Under the pieces are notes generated by a model. That model ran no database searches and was not told the origin of the DNA. It worked only from the letters and a program-made list of their open reading frames with translations. 64,000 nt of DNA from Candidatus Tectimicrobiota bacterium. Lineage in GTDB: Bacteria; JACPUC01. A program made the position numbers and the translations under genes. Below, piece by piece: positions 42,315 through 51,937 of this stretch. The first letter of the stretch is position 1. Every line of letters starts with the position of its first letter. The stretch spans positions 248,001 to 312,000 of the forward strand of contig JACPUC010000006.1 of the NCBI GenBank assembly GCA_016192455.1, read 5' to 3'.

Positions 42315-43652
42315 ATGCATATCGTCGTTCACTATCACGAGATCGCCCTCAAGGGGCATAACCGCTGGCGCTTCATCCGGCGCCTGGCGCAGAACCTACA
42401 GCACTGTCTCGCCGACGTCGGTCATGCCAGGGTGGCGAAGCTCAGCGGGCGGCTCGTCGTCAGTTTCTCCAATGCGGTTCCCTGGCAGCTTGCCGAGGAA
42501 CGCCTGCGGCGCGTCTTCGGGGTGGCCAACTTCTCCCGCGCGCATCGGCATCCGCTGCACGTGGAATCCCTGCGGCCTCGCCTGGTGGAGACGCTGCGGG
42601 GCGAGACCTTCGCCACCTTCCGCGTGCATACGAGGCGCGCTTTCAAGAACTTTCCCCAAACTTCGCTGGAGATCAACCGCGACCTAGGGGATATCATCCG
42701 CCGGGAGCTGCAGCGCAAGGTCAACCTGGATCACCCGGACCTGACCGTGTTCGTTGAGGTGGTGCCCGGCGAAATCCTCTTCTACTTCAAGAAGCATGCG
42801 GGGCTTGGCGGGCTGCCGGTCGGCGTCACCGGGTTGGTGCTGGGGCTGATCTCCGGCGGCATCGACTCCCCCGTGGCCTGCTTCAGGATGATGCGCCGCG
42901 GCTGCACCGTCACGCTCCTCCACTTCCACAGCTACCCCTTCCACAGCAAGGCGTCGCAGGAGAAGGTGGAGGAGCTTGCCGAGCTGCTCACCCAGTACCA
43001 GTACCACACCACGCTTGTGATGGTGCCGTTCGGCGAGATTCAGCGGCAGGTGATGCTGGCGGTGCCGGCGCCGTACCGCATCGTCATCTACCGGCGCCTC
43101 ATGCTGCGCATCGCCGCGAGGCTGGCGGAGCAGGAGGGGGCGAAAGCGCTTGTCACCGGCGAGAGCCTGGCGCAGGTCTCCTCCCAGACGCTGGAGAACT
43201 TGACCGTCATCGATCGCGCCACGGAGATGCCGGTGCTGCGCCCGCTTATCGGCATGGATAAGGATGAGATCTGCGCCCAGGCCAGGGAGCTGGGCTCGTA
43301 TGAGATCTCCATCCAGCCGGATGAGGACTGCTGCCAGCTCTTCATGCCGGAGCGTCCGGTGATCGCCTGCACGCTCGGCGAGATCGCCCGCGCCGAGTCG
43401 CTCCTCGACGTTGAGGCGTTGGTGGGCCAGGGCCTGGCGCAGGTAACGCGCCGCTTCCTCAGCTTCCCCGCCCGCAGCGCACCGCCGATCCCGCGCCTCG
43501 AGGTCGGTGCAGTGCCGGCTCCGGCGCCGCGCCCGGCGCCACCCCCAACGCAGCTCGGGGACGACCGCCGCCAACCCCAGCATCGGGATGGCGGCAGCAC
43601 GGGGCAGGACGCCGCAGCCCCACTGCCGGCCTCCCACCTGCCGCAGGTTTAG
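42315..43652 (+). CDS. thiI: tRNA 4-thiouridine synthase ThiI
   Basis: EIALKGHNR, THUMP, GLGGLPVG, PP-loop SGGIDSPVA, TGESLAQVSSQT, RPLIGMDK, EDCC. Confidence 0.95.
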   Translation: MHIVVHYHEIALKGHNRWRFIRRLAQNLQHCLADVGHARVAKLSGRLVVSFSNAVPWQLAEERLRRVFGVANFSRAHRHPLHVESLRPRLVETLRGETFATFRVHTRRAFKNFPQTSLEINRDLGDIIRRELQRKVNLDHPDLTVFVEVVPGEILFYFKKHAGLGGLPVGVTGLVLGLISGGIDSPVACFRMMRRGCTVTLLHFHSYPFHSKASQEKVEELAELLTQYQYHTTLVMVPFGEIQRQVMLAVPAPYRIVIYRRLMLRIAARLAEQEGAKALVTGESLAQVSSQTLENLTVIDRATEMPVLRPLIGMDKDEICAQARELGSYEISIQPDEDCCQLFMPERPVIACTLGEIARAESLLDVEALVGQGLAQVTRRFLSFPARSAPPIPRLEVGAVPAPAPRPAPPPTQLGDDRRQPQHRDGGSTGQDAAAPLPASHLPQV

Positions 43653-43662
43653 CGGAGGCACC

Positions 43663-44130
43663 GTGGCCACGCCTCCCTTTCCGCAGCCCCTCGAGCAGCT
43701 CCTCCTGCAGACGCGCCGTGCCCACCTGGCGACGGCTGACGCACCCGGCGACCCGCACGTCGTCCCCGTCGTCTTCGTCTACGTCGGGGGAGACCTCTAC
43801 ATCCCCATTGACGCCAAGCCGAAGTCAGTGGCCCAGAGGCGGCTGAAGCGCATCCGCAACCTGCGGGAGAACCCCCGCGCCGCCCTCCTCATCGACCACT
43901 ACGACGAGGACTGGAGCCGGCTTGGCTTCTTGCTTATCCACGCCGCGGCGGAGATCGCACCGTTGGCCGACTGCTCGCCGGCGGTGGGCGAAGCCTTGCG
44001 CCGCAAGTATCCACACTACCGCCAGCCAGCCATGCTCCCTGCCGAGGCCCTCGTCGTTCGCCTGCGGCCGCGGCGCTACCACGCCTGGGGGGTGTTCGCG
44101 CAACCGGAGGAGCGCCAAAGGCCGACGTAG
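43663..44130 (+). CDS. Pyridoxamine 5'-phosphate oxidase-like (PPOX class, TIGR03668-like) protein
   Basis: HLATAD..G.PHVVPV.F, IDAKPKS, LKRIRNL.ENP, DHYDEDWSRL, KYPHY; GGAGG RBS + GTG. Confidence 0.85.
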   Translation: MATPPFPQPLEQLLLQTRRAHLATADAPGDPHVVPVVFVYVGGDLYIPIDAKPKSVAQRRLKRIRNLRENPRAALLIDHYDEDWSRLGFLLIHAAAEIAPLADCSPAVGEALRRKYPHYRQPAMLPAEALVVRLRPRRYHAWGVFAQPEERQRPT

Positions 44131-44313
44131 CCTATCGAGAGGCGCTTCTGGCGCAAGGAAGCCGCCCGCATGGCCCGGGTACGGGGCTTACCCGGCGGAC
44201 GCGGACTGTGTCGCAATTTGCGCGGAGATGAAGCGTGGGCGAGTGTTCGATCCCTCCCCGCAGACTTTAACTTCTGATGCTCGAATGATTCTGCGTCGTG
44301 GTGTGACGCGACC

Positions 44314-46005
44314 CTACCTGGCGGCGGGGCCGGTGGGCTGGGATGGGATGGGGCGCGCCGCGGCGGCGTGCTGCTCCTGCGGTGGTGGTGCGAGGAGGCT
44401 GGCAACCGCTGCTTCGGCTTGGGCGATGCCGTTCTCGTCCTTCAGGCAGAGCTGCAGGGCAGCCCGGGCGTGCCGCATGATCTCCGGGAGCGCGAGGCTC
44501 CGGTCAGGTGCATCTAGCGCCTGTGTGAGGGGGCGCAGGACGTTCCTGATCAAGCGGCGGCGGCTGTCGAGCAGGCGGCGGCGGACGCGGCCGTAACCCT
44601 TGACGAGCTGGGCGGTCTGCGCCGCGAAGCAGCCGAGGTCGTAGTGCAGGGGCAGGAACTCCGCCACTTCGGCAAACCATTCGTCGATGGCCCGCATTTC
44701 CCGCGCGGAGCGATACGATGCGGTGCGGAGGAAGCGCAGGCGGGCCAAGCCCCAGAGCTTCAGGTAGCCGAAGAGACCGGTGCTCTGGACCTCCTGCGCA
44801 TAGTGGGATCGTTCCGCCTCCGTGGCGGCGACCCAACCGCAGCGGCCGAAGAGGCGCAGGAGGGGCTCGACGATTCTGTTGGGGAAGATGCCGTAGATCT
44901 CCTCGGCATCGGGCTTCAGGTAGTCGAACACGTCGTAGCGCTGCCCCGGCTGGAGGTTCATCTCCGTCTCGATGCGGGTGAAGCGGCCGGCGCGGCTCTT
45001 CAGGTCGGCGACGCGAATGGCGTCCTCATAGGTCATCCAGATGGCAAGGTAACGGGCCGCGGTGCGCGCGCAGGCAAAGCCGTGCTCCCTGCCGCCGTGC
45101 TTCTGATCGAGCGTGAGCATGGAGGCGAGGCGGTCGAGGTAGCCGCGGGCATACTTCGCGTCCTGGTAGTCGATGAGCTGGTACAGGGCCTCGCTCAGGA
45201 TCGGGGTGAGTTGCTCCGGGAACTCGCCACGCGCCTGCTTCACCAGGCTGCGATACTCTCGCGCCGCGGAGGCCGGCAGTTTCGCCGCGCACGCCTCGAT
45301 CGTTGCCGCGTCATTCGCCGGAAGGGAGGTGGGCGGAGAGGGGTCGACCGCCTTGCGGGGGTCCTGCCGAACGACTGCGGCGCCCAGCTCGAAGCCGCGC
45401 CGGTTCAGCTCCGGAGCGACGCCGACGGCATCGATGGCGGCAAGGAAGTGCGCCCGCCCGATCGGCAGAACGCCGGCCTCGCAGACGGCTCCGTAGAGGA
45501 GAGCGTTCACCACCTGATCGGGCAGGCCGGCCGCCCGCACCTTGGCCACCGCGTCAAAGGCGTAGAGGTTGCCGGCGAGCCGGCCGGCGAGCGCCAGAAG
45601 CTGCTGCGCATCGAAGATGCCGCCGCTCATGGGCATCTTTTCGAGGGCTGTGAGCACGCGGGTGGTGCTGGTGAAGATGGTGGCGTGCGTAGAGCCGAAG
45701 CCTTGCTGGAGGAGGCGGCCGGTCTCCAGGAGCTCCTGGCCGATGATGATATCGATGTCGCCGGGGAAGGGATGGGCTGAGAAGTTGACGGCCGCCAGCT
45801 CGTCTGGGGAGCCGCCCGCCGCGATCTCCAGGTAGAGGTTCGTGGCGCCGCCGCGCTGGGCGAGACCGGGGAGGCTGAAGAAGCGAGCCTCGCAGCCGGC
45901 CAACCCCGCCGCCGCGAAGAGCCACTCGGCCAGGACGTTCCCCCCCTGGCCGCCGATGGCCGCGATGAGGAGCTTGTAGACGCGCGGGGTCCCATCATGC
46001 GCCAT
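44314..46005 (-). CDS. iorB: Indolepyruvate:ferredoxin oxidoreductase beta subunit family with long C-terminal helical extension
   Basis: AIGGQGG, PGLAQRGGAT, YQD..YA..YL, WMTYED.IRVADLK, LVKGYG. Confidence 0.85.
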   Translation of the reverse strand: MAHDGTPRVYKLLIAAIGGQGGNVLAEWLFAAAGLAGCEARFFSLPGLAQRGGATNLYLEIAAGGSPDELAAVNFSAHPFPGDIDIIIGQELLETGRLLQQGFGSTHATIFTSTTRVLTALEKMPMSGGIFDAQQLLALAGRLAGNLYAFDAVAKVRAAGLPDQVVNALLYGAVCEAGVLPIGRAHFLAAIDAVGVAPELNRRGFELGAAVVRQDPRKAVDPSPPTSLPANDAATIEACAAKLPASAAREYRSLVKQARGEFPEQLTPILSEALYQLIDYQDAKYARGYLDRLASMLTLDQKHGGREHGFACARTAARYLAIWMTYEDAIRVADLKSRAGRFTRIETEMNLQPGQRYDVFDYLKPDAEEIYGIFPNRIVEPLLRLFGRCGWVAATEAERSHYAQEVQSTGLFGYLKLWGLARLRFLRTASYRSAREMRAIDEWFAEVAEFLPLHYDLGCFAAQTAQLVKGYGRVRRRLLDSRRRLIRNVLRPLTQALDAPDRSLALPEIMRHARAALQLCLKDENGIAQAEAAVASLLAPPPQEQHAAAARPIPSQPTGPAAR

Positions 46006-46058
46006 GCTCGCTACCTTCTTGCGCCGCACGCTTACGCGCGCGCGGGAGCCGGCGAAGC

Positions 46059-46190
46059 AGGGCGGGGCAAGCCCCGCCCTTACAATGACGTGGAATGGGC
46101 GGGGTCTGTAGGGGCGGGGCTTGCCCCGCCCTTGCCGCCTCTGCGATTGGGCGCGGCAAGCAGCGCCCCTACGATTGGGCGCACCCCTAC
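46059..46190. repeat. Cluster of GTAG-type REP-like palindromes
   Basis: GTAGGGGCGGGGCTTGCCCCGCCCT (46108-46132), inverted near-copy at 46059-46083, variants ending CCCCTAC at 46149-46172 and 46173-46190. Confidence 0.8.
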
Positions 46191-46209
46191 GGCTTTCTTG
46201 CCCTCTCCC

Positions 46210-48384
46210 CTACGCGCGCCCGGGAGCCGGCTGGCTCCATCGCCAGAGTCGTCCGATCACGGCGCGCCGCAGGCCGGCCCGGAGCTTATCCCATGCCGTG
46301 GGGTTCTCGATGACCTCGACGCGGTAGAACGAGGGGCAGAGGATGGCGGTGTGGGCGAGCTCGCCGCAGAATCCGCAGCCCGTGCAGGACTGATCGATAT
46401 GCGCCACTTCGTCCTGCCGCAGGGGGTTGGGGTTCTCCTTCAGCGTCAGGGAGGGGCAGCCGTTGAAGCGCATGCAGGAGTGGTCGCCGGTGCAGACGTC
46501 GGGGTCAACCCCAAGGCGCGGCAGTACCTTGCGCTCCCCCGCCTGGATGGCGAGACGCAGGGGGATGCGCTCGCGGCGGGTGCGCTCCAGCTCGCACTCG
46601 GCGCGCGAGACCACCACCTTCAGGCCCCCCTCGGGCGTCTGGAAGGCCTCCCGCAGCGCGGTGTAGGACTCCGCCATGTCATAGGGGTTCACGGTGCGCA
46701 GCCAGGTCACCCCCATGCCGCGCAGGGTCTCCTCGATCTGCATGCGCGGGATGGCCTCGCCGCGGATGTTGCGGTGCGAGCTCGGGTTCTCCTGGTGGCC
46801 GGTCATGGCGGTCCAGAGGTTGTCGAAGATGACGAGCACGGCGTCGAGGTTGTCGTAGATGGCGTTGACGACGCTCGTCGTCAGGCCGCTGTGCCAAAAG
46901 GTGCCGTCGCCCATGAAGGCGATGGGCCGTTGGCCGGAGATGACGCCCATGGCGGTGGAGGCCGCCAGGCCGGTCCCCATGCCGGTCACCAGCCCCTCGA
47001 GGTTGTGCGGCGGCAGGGCGCCCATGCTGTAGCAGCCGATGTCGTTGCCGTACTCGGTGGAGCCGAACTGCTCCCGCAGCAGGGTGAGGGCGGAAAAGAT
47101 GGGGCGCTCCGGACAGCCGGAGCAGAAGATCGGCAGGCGCGGCGTGGGGGGCTTCTTGAGGAACGCCGCGGCGGCGGCGACATGCTCCTCGCAGGCGCGG
47201 CTGCGCGGCAGCTCCCGCGGGCCCTTGCCGTTCCCCGCGGCGCGGCCGAGGAAGTCCTCGACGCCCCGCAGGACGACCGCCGGCACGCGCTCGCCGCTCG
47301 GCGGCAGGATGTCCGTGCCGTACAGCTCGACGTCGAGTTTCTCCTTCTGCGCCAGCACGCGGATTTGTTGCTCGAGAAATGTCGGCGCTCCCTCCTCGAT
47401 GATGAGCACCTGCGGATGCCCGCGCAGGAAGTCGAGGACCTGCTCGGGGATGAGGGGGTGGAGAACATTGAGGTTCAAGATGGAGAGGTCCGATTTTCCG
47501 GTCGCGTCGGCCCGCCCCAGGTGGGCGAGGACGCGGCGCAGGGTGTTGAGCACCATGCCGTGGGTGATGATCCCCGGCCCGCCGGCGCGCAGCTTGCCAT
47601 TCCCCGCCGCCGTCCCAGGAAAGAGCTGGTTCAGCTCGTGCCGCAGCGCGTATTGCGCCGCGAGCGGCAGGCGCTCCGTGAGGATGCTGCGCTCCTGTAG
47701 CACCGAGTAGGGCGGGAAGTGGTCGCGCGTGATGTCGTAAATGATCTTTTCCAGGGGGCGGGTGCGGCTGATGGTCGGTTCGCGGTTCTCCCCACAAATG
47801 ATGCTCCCCTTCATGTTGCCGACGCGGGTGCGAAGCAGGAACGCCGCCGGCATCTGGCTCGCTTCCGACATCTCGAAGCCGCGTTGGATGAGCCAGTGGA
47901 GGCGCTGCGCGTCAACAGGGGGATCGATCACGATGAGGCCGCTCTTCAGCCCCATGGTGAGCGTCGTCTCGGCCACCGAGGTGCTCGAGCAGCCGTAGTC
48001 CTCGCCGACGAAGACGAGCACGCCGCCTTTGACGCCGGAGCTGGCGATGTGCGCCAGGGGATCGGCGGCGACATTGCTGCCCACCACTTTCCAGATGACG
48101 GCGCCGCGCACCGGGTGGTTGATGGAGATCTTCAGCATCGAGGCGGCCGACGCCTCGTTCCCGGAGCCCTGGAAGTAGATGCCCAGCGGCTTCAGGATGT
48201 CGTGGTTGGCCCCGGCGGTGGCGTCGTAGATGTTCGTGACCGGCGAGCCGGGGTAGCCCCCAACGTAGCTGACGCCGCTCTCCAGCAATGCTTTCAGGAC
48301 GATCACCCCGGTGTCGCCGAGCAGCGTCCGGCCTGCGCCGTAGCGAAGCTGGGCCAGCACCGAGTCGTCGTAGTTATGGCTCAT
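46210..48384 (-). CDS. iorA: Indolepyruvate:ferredoxin oxidoreductase alpha subunit
   Basis: GYPGSP, FCSGCPER, DIGC, TPP motif GDGTFWHSG..N, ferredoxin CTGDHSC..CP and CTGCGFC..CP. Confidence 0.92.
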   Translation of the reverse strand: MSHNYDDSVLAQLRYGAGRTLLGDTGVIVLKALLESGVSYVGGYPGSPVTNIYDATAGANHDILKPLGIYFQGSGNEASAASMLKISINHPVRGAVIWKVVGSNVAADPLAHIASSGVKGGVLVFVGEDYGCSSTSVAETTLTMGLKSGLIVIDPPVDAQRLHWLIQRGFEMSEASQMPAAFLLRTRVGNMKGSIICGENREPTISRTRPLEKIIYDITRDHFPPYSVLQERSILTERLPLAAQYALRHELNQLFPGTAAGNGKLRAGGPGIITHGMVLNTLRRVLAHLGRADATGKSDLSILNLNVLHPLIPEQVLDFLRGHPQVLIIEEGAPTFLEQQIRVLAQKEKLDVELYGTDILPPSGERVPAVVLRGVEDFLGRAAGNGKGPRELPRSRACEEHVAAAAAFLKKPPTPRLPIFCSGCPERPIFSALTLLREQFGSTEYGNDIGCYSMGALPPHNLEGLVTGMGTGLAASTAMGVISGQRPIAFMGDGTFWHSGLTTSVVNAIYDNLDAVLVIFDNLWTAMTGHQENPSSHRNIRGEAIPRMQIEETLRGMGVTWLRTVNPYDMAESYTALREAFQTPEGGLKVVVSRAECELERTRRERIPLRLAIQAGERKVLPRLGVDPDVCTGDHSCMRFNGCPSLTLKENPNPLRQDEVAHIDQSCTGCGFCGELAHTAILCPSFYRVEVIENPTAWDKLRAGLRRAVIGRLWRWSQPAPGRA

Positions 48385-48632
48385 CTTGCAGCCTTCCCTT
48401 GGTCGCGACTCGGCGCCGCGGGGTGCAAGCGCGCTCGAGGTCAAGCAGGCCAGTCAACCGCCGATGCCAGCCGTGCAGATGCCGCCATTCCAGAGTAGGA
48501 AAATGCACCCGGGGTGTCAATCAATGCCGGCCAGTGCCAGCCACCGGCAACGGCATCGCCCCGGCGGAAGTCTCAGCCGGGGCGACGGCTTCATCGGGGA
48601 GCGCTCCACCAGCAGGGCGCCCGGCGGCGAGG

Positions 48633-51569
48633 CTATGAGTAGAGGCCGATCTCCCGCGTCTGCTGGGCGACGCGCTTGGGAGTCTGGGGGATGCGGTGGA
48701 TGCGGGATCCCAGGGCGTCGGCGATGGCGTTGGTGATCGCCGGACAGGCCGCGACCGTCGGCGGCTCACCGATGCCGAGCGCGCCGTAGGGGCCGATCTC
48801 GCTCGGCCGGCCGTCGTCGTCCACCTCGACGATGATGGAGACGAGGTCGTCCGGCAGGTCCTTGATGCGCATCGTGTGGTACTTGTCGAAGTTGATCGCC
48901 TGCGGCACGCTCCCCTGCAAGTCGATGTCCTCCGAGAGGGCATAGCCGAACCCCATCGAGAGGCCGCCGAGAATCTGGCCGCGCACCGATTGCGGGTTGA
49001 TGGCTTTGCCGAGGTAGTGCGCCGCCACCATGCGGACGACTTTCACGCGCCCGGTCTTGATGTTCACCTCCACCTCGGCCATATGGCACCCCCAGGTGAT
49101 CGGCCAGTAGGCGTTGCCGAAGCCCGTCTTGGGGTCCAGGGCCGTGGTGTGCCGCTCGCACTTGAAGAGGCGCTGGCGGCGCCGCGGCAAGCCGTTCTCG
49201 TCGAATTTCTTGATCAGCTCCTTGACGGCGATGCGGTGCGTGGGGGAGCCCTTGGTGGTGGCGTAGCCGTCGCGCAGCTCCAGGTCGGCCTCGTCCACCT
49301 CGAGGGTGCGCGAGGCCAGCCGCAGCAGGTCGTGGCGGATCATGGCGGCGGTTTCGCTGATGGCGCTGCCGGTGACGTAGGTCTGGCGCGTGGCGACGGT
49401 GGAGCCGCAGTTCGGCGAGGCCACGGAGTCGCCGGTGTGGAGGCGCACGTCCTCGAGCTTCAGGCCGAGCTGCTCCGCGGTGATCTGGGCGAAGATGGTG
49501 TTCGACCCCTGGCCGTAGTCCGTGGTCGAGACCCAGACGGTGGCCGTGCCGTCGGGGAAGACCTCGATGATCGAGTTGCCCTGGTCCGGCAGGCCGCCGC
49601 CGAAACCGATCCCATACCAGATGTTGCCGATGCCGAATCCCTTGCGGATGAGGGGATCGGGGTGGGCCCGGCGGCTCTCGCGGTTGGCCCAATCGAAGGC
49701 GGCGGCCGCCTGCTCCAGGCATTGCAGGCCCGCCACGTTGCTCTTCAGCTCCATGTTCGTTGAGGTGCGCGATCCCTTGCGCAGGGAGTTGAGGCGCCGC
49801 ACCTCGAGGGGGTCCATGCCGATGCCCTTGGCCAGCTCGTCGATCTGGGCTTCGAACATGAACGCCACCTGGGCCACCCCGAAGCCGCGGATGGCGCCGC
49901 GGAAGGGGTTCGTGGTGTAGACGGCGTAGGCATCGACGTGCACGTTGTCGATCTCATACGGGCCGGTGCAGTGCACCGCCGACTTGCGCAGCACGTTCTG
50001 CCCCCAGGAGGCGTAGGCGCCGGTATCGCCGTAGATTTCGGCCTCCCAGGCGACGATGCGGCCATCCCTGCGGATGCCGGACCTGATGCGGGCCTTGTGG
50101 GCATGCCGCTTCTGGGTGGCGAGGATCGACTCCTCGCGGGAATAGACCGTCTTCACGGGCCGCTTCAGCTTCATGGCGCAGAGGGCCACGTGAATCTGAC
50201 CATAGACATCCTCGCGCTTGCCGAAGGCGCCGCCCACCGAGGGCTGCAAAACGATGATCTCGTGGTTGTTCAGGCCGAGGGCGCGGGCGATGTTCAGGCG
50301 GTCGAAATAGACGTGCTGCGTGGGGGCCTTCACGGTCAGGATGCCGTCCGCGTTGTAGAACGCCACGCCGCACTCTGGCTCCATCGGCGCATGGTCCTGG
50401 GGCTGAGTCTCGTACCAGTTCTCGACGATGACGTCGGCCGCCGCGAAACCTTTTCGCACGTCGCCCTTGCGGATCGGCATGGAGAAGAGGACGTTCTTGC
50501 GCTTCTGGCCTGTCTCGAAGGCATCGCGGCTGATTGTCCAGCCGGTCGTCTGCACCTTTTCATGTAGCTCGGGAGCGGAGAGGTCCATCGCCTTCTCGAC
50601 GGTATCGAGGGGCTCCAGCACCTCATACGCGATCTTCACGAGCTTGCCGGCTTCCTTGGCGATCGTCTCGTTCTCCGCCGCCACCAGGCAGATGGCGTCG
50701 CCGATCGAGCGGATGTAGTCGCGCACCAGCACCTCCTGGTCGCGGATCGCCTTGCCGTAGGCGTTCTCGCCGGGGATATCCTTGGCGGTGAAGACGGCGA
50801 CGACGCCCGGGTACTTCTCCGCCGCGGTGGTGTCGAGCGACAGCATCTTGGCATGGGGATGCTCGGTGCGCACGGTGTGCATGTAAAGCGCCCCGACCAT
50901 CTCGTCGAGGTCTTCGGTGTACTTCGAGCGCCCGGTGACGTTGGCGATGCCGTCGACGCGCACGGCCGAGGTGCCGACGAGGTGCGTCGTGGGTGCGCCG
51001 TCAGACGAAACGACCTTCCAGCGCGAGGGATCGAAGATGTGCGGCTCGAGCAGCTCCTTGGCGCTGCGCTTCTCGCGGATGACGCGGGCGGCGTCAAGCA
51101 CCGACTCGAGAATCTGCTGGTAGCCGGTGCAGCGGCAGAGGTTCCCCGTCAGGGCCTTCTTCACTTCCGCCGGCGTCGGGTTGCTGTTTTTGTCCAGGAG
51201 CGCCTTGGCAGTCATGATCTGCCCCGGCGTGCAGAAGCCGCACTGCGACCCCTGGTGCACGAGGAAGCCCGCCTGCAGCGGATGCAGGTTGTCCGGCGCG
51301 CCGATGTGCTCGATCGTCTCGATGGTGGCATTCCGGCACTTGCCGAGCGGCGTGATGCAGGCCCGCACGGCCTTGCCGTTCATGATCACCGTGCAGCTCC
51401 CGCACTGGCCGATATCGCAGCCGTTCTTCGAGCCTGTGAGGCGCAGATCCTCGCGGATGAAGTCCAGCAAGGATCGTTCGGGGTCCACCTCGCGCTCCAG
51501 CCGTTGCCCATTCATGACCATGGGAACGGTCGTCGTTTCAGCCGCGCTGGTGGTTACGGTTGCTGCCAT
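48633..51569 (-). CDS. Xanthine dehydrogenase-family molybdenum hydroxylase with fused N-terminal 2x[2Fe-2S] domain
   Basis: GCDIGQCGSC, QCGFCTPG, NLCRCTGY; Moco motifs GGAFG, AIRGFG, GQG, GIGEP. Confidence 0.93.
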   Translation of the reverse strand: MAATVTTSAAETTTVPMVMNGQRLEREVDPERSLLDFIREDLRLTGSKNGCDIGQCGSCTVIMNGKAVRACITPLGKCRNATIETIEHIGAPDNLHPLQAGFLVHQGSQCGFCTPGQIMTAKALLDKNSNPTPAEVKKALTGNLCRCTGYQQILESVLDAARVIREKRSAKELLEPHIFDPSRWKVVSSDGAPTTHLVGTSAVRVDGIANVTGRSKYTEDLDEMVGALYMHTVRTEHPHAKMLSLDTTAAEKYPGVVAVFTAKDIPGENAYGKAIRDQEVLVRDYIRSIGDAICLVAAENETIAKEAGKLVKIAYEVLEPLDTVEKAMDLSAPELHEKVQTTGWTISRDAFETGQKRKNVLFSMPIRKGDVRKGFAAADVIVENWYETQPQDHAPMEPECGVAFYNADGILTVKAPTQHVYFDRLNIARALGLNNHEIIVLQPSVGGAFGKREDVYGQIHVALCAMKLKRPVKTVYSREESILATQKRHAHKARIRSGIRRDGRIVAWEAEIYGDTGAYASWGQNVLRKSAVHCTGPYEIDNVHVDAYAVYTTNPFRGAIRGFGVAQVAFMFEAQIDELAKGIGMDPLEVRRLNSLRKGSRTSTNMELKSNVAGLQCLEQAAAAFDWANRESRRAHPDPLIRKGFGIGNIWYGIGFGGGLPDQGNSIIEVFPDGTATVWVSTTDYGQGSNTIFAQITAEQLGLKLEDVRLHTGDSVASPNCGSTVATRQTYVTGSAISETAAMIRHDLLRLASRTLEVDEADLELRDGYATTKGSPTHRIAVKELIKKFDENGLPRRRQRLFKCERHTTALDPKTGFGNAYWPITWGCHMAEVEVNIKTGRVKVVRMVAAHYLGKAINPQSVRGQILGGLSMGFGYALSEDIDLQGSVPQAINFDKYHTMRIKDLPDDLVSIIVEVDDDGRPSEIGPYGALGIGEPPTVAACPAITNAIADALGSRIHRIPQTPKRVAQQTREIGLYS

Positions 51570-51686
51570 GCCATGGCCCCCTTTACCAGCTATGCGTTTG
51601 CCCCCGCGCCGGCCCCGGCGCGGCAGCAGGAAACGCTCTAACTTGCAATTTTTGAACTACTTACATGCTTTTCACAACTCTGTAGA

Positions 51687-51715
51687 ATTATAGTCACGGG
51701 AATGTCCCGCCGCAA
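51687..51715 (-). promoter_or_regulatory. Putative sigma70 promoter of the Mo-hydroxylase/ior cluster
   Basis: TTGCGG-N17-TATAAT on the minus strand in an AT-rich patch. Confidence 0.6.
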
Positions 51716-51937
51716 ATCTAATTTGCCGCGCCTGGCGTGGCTTGACCCTCTCTGGCGCCGTCAGGAGGCGGACGCCGCTGGGCGCGCCGGCGTAAGTTCC
51801 CCTCGACGCCCCGTCGCCGCCCTGCTTCGAGGCGGAGCGCAACACGACCGCGACCGCTTCCGCTTGCCGCACCGAGACGTAACTGTTGAGGAACCCTGGC
51901 CATGGCAGGCAGAACCTCGCTCCGGCGACGGCTGAAG

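Noticed and set aside
44225-44262. T-loop-like GTTCGATCCC suggesting a tRNA or selC
   Set aside because: No cloverleaf, acceptor stem or anticodon arm could be built.
51660-51678. Rex-like operator TTGTGAA upstream of the Mo hydroxylase
   Set aside because: Only one half-site matches.
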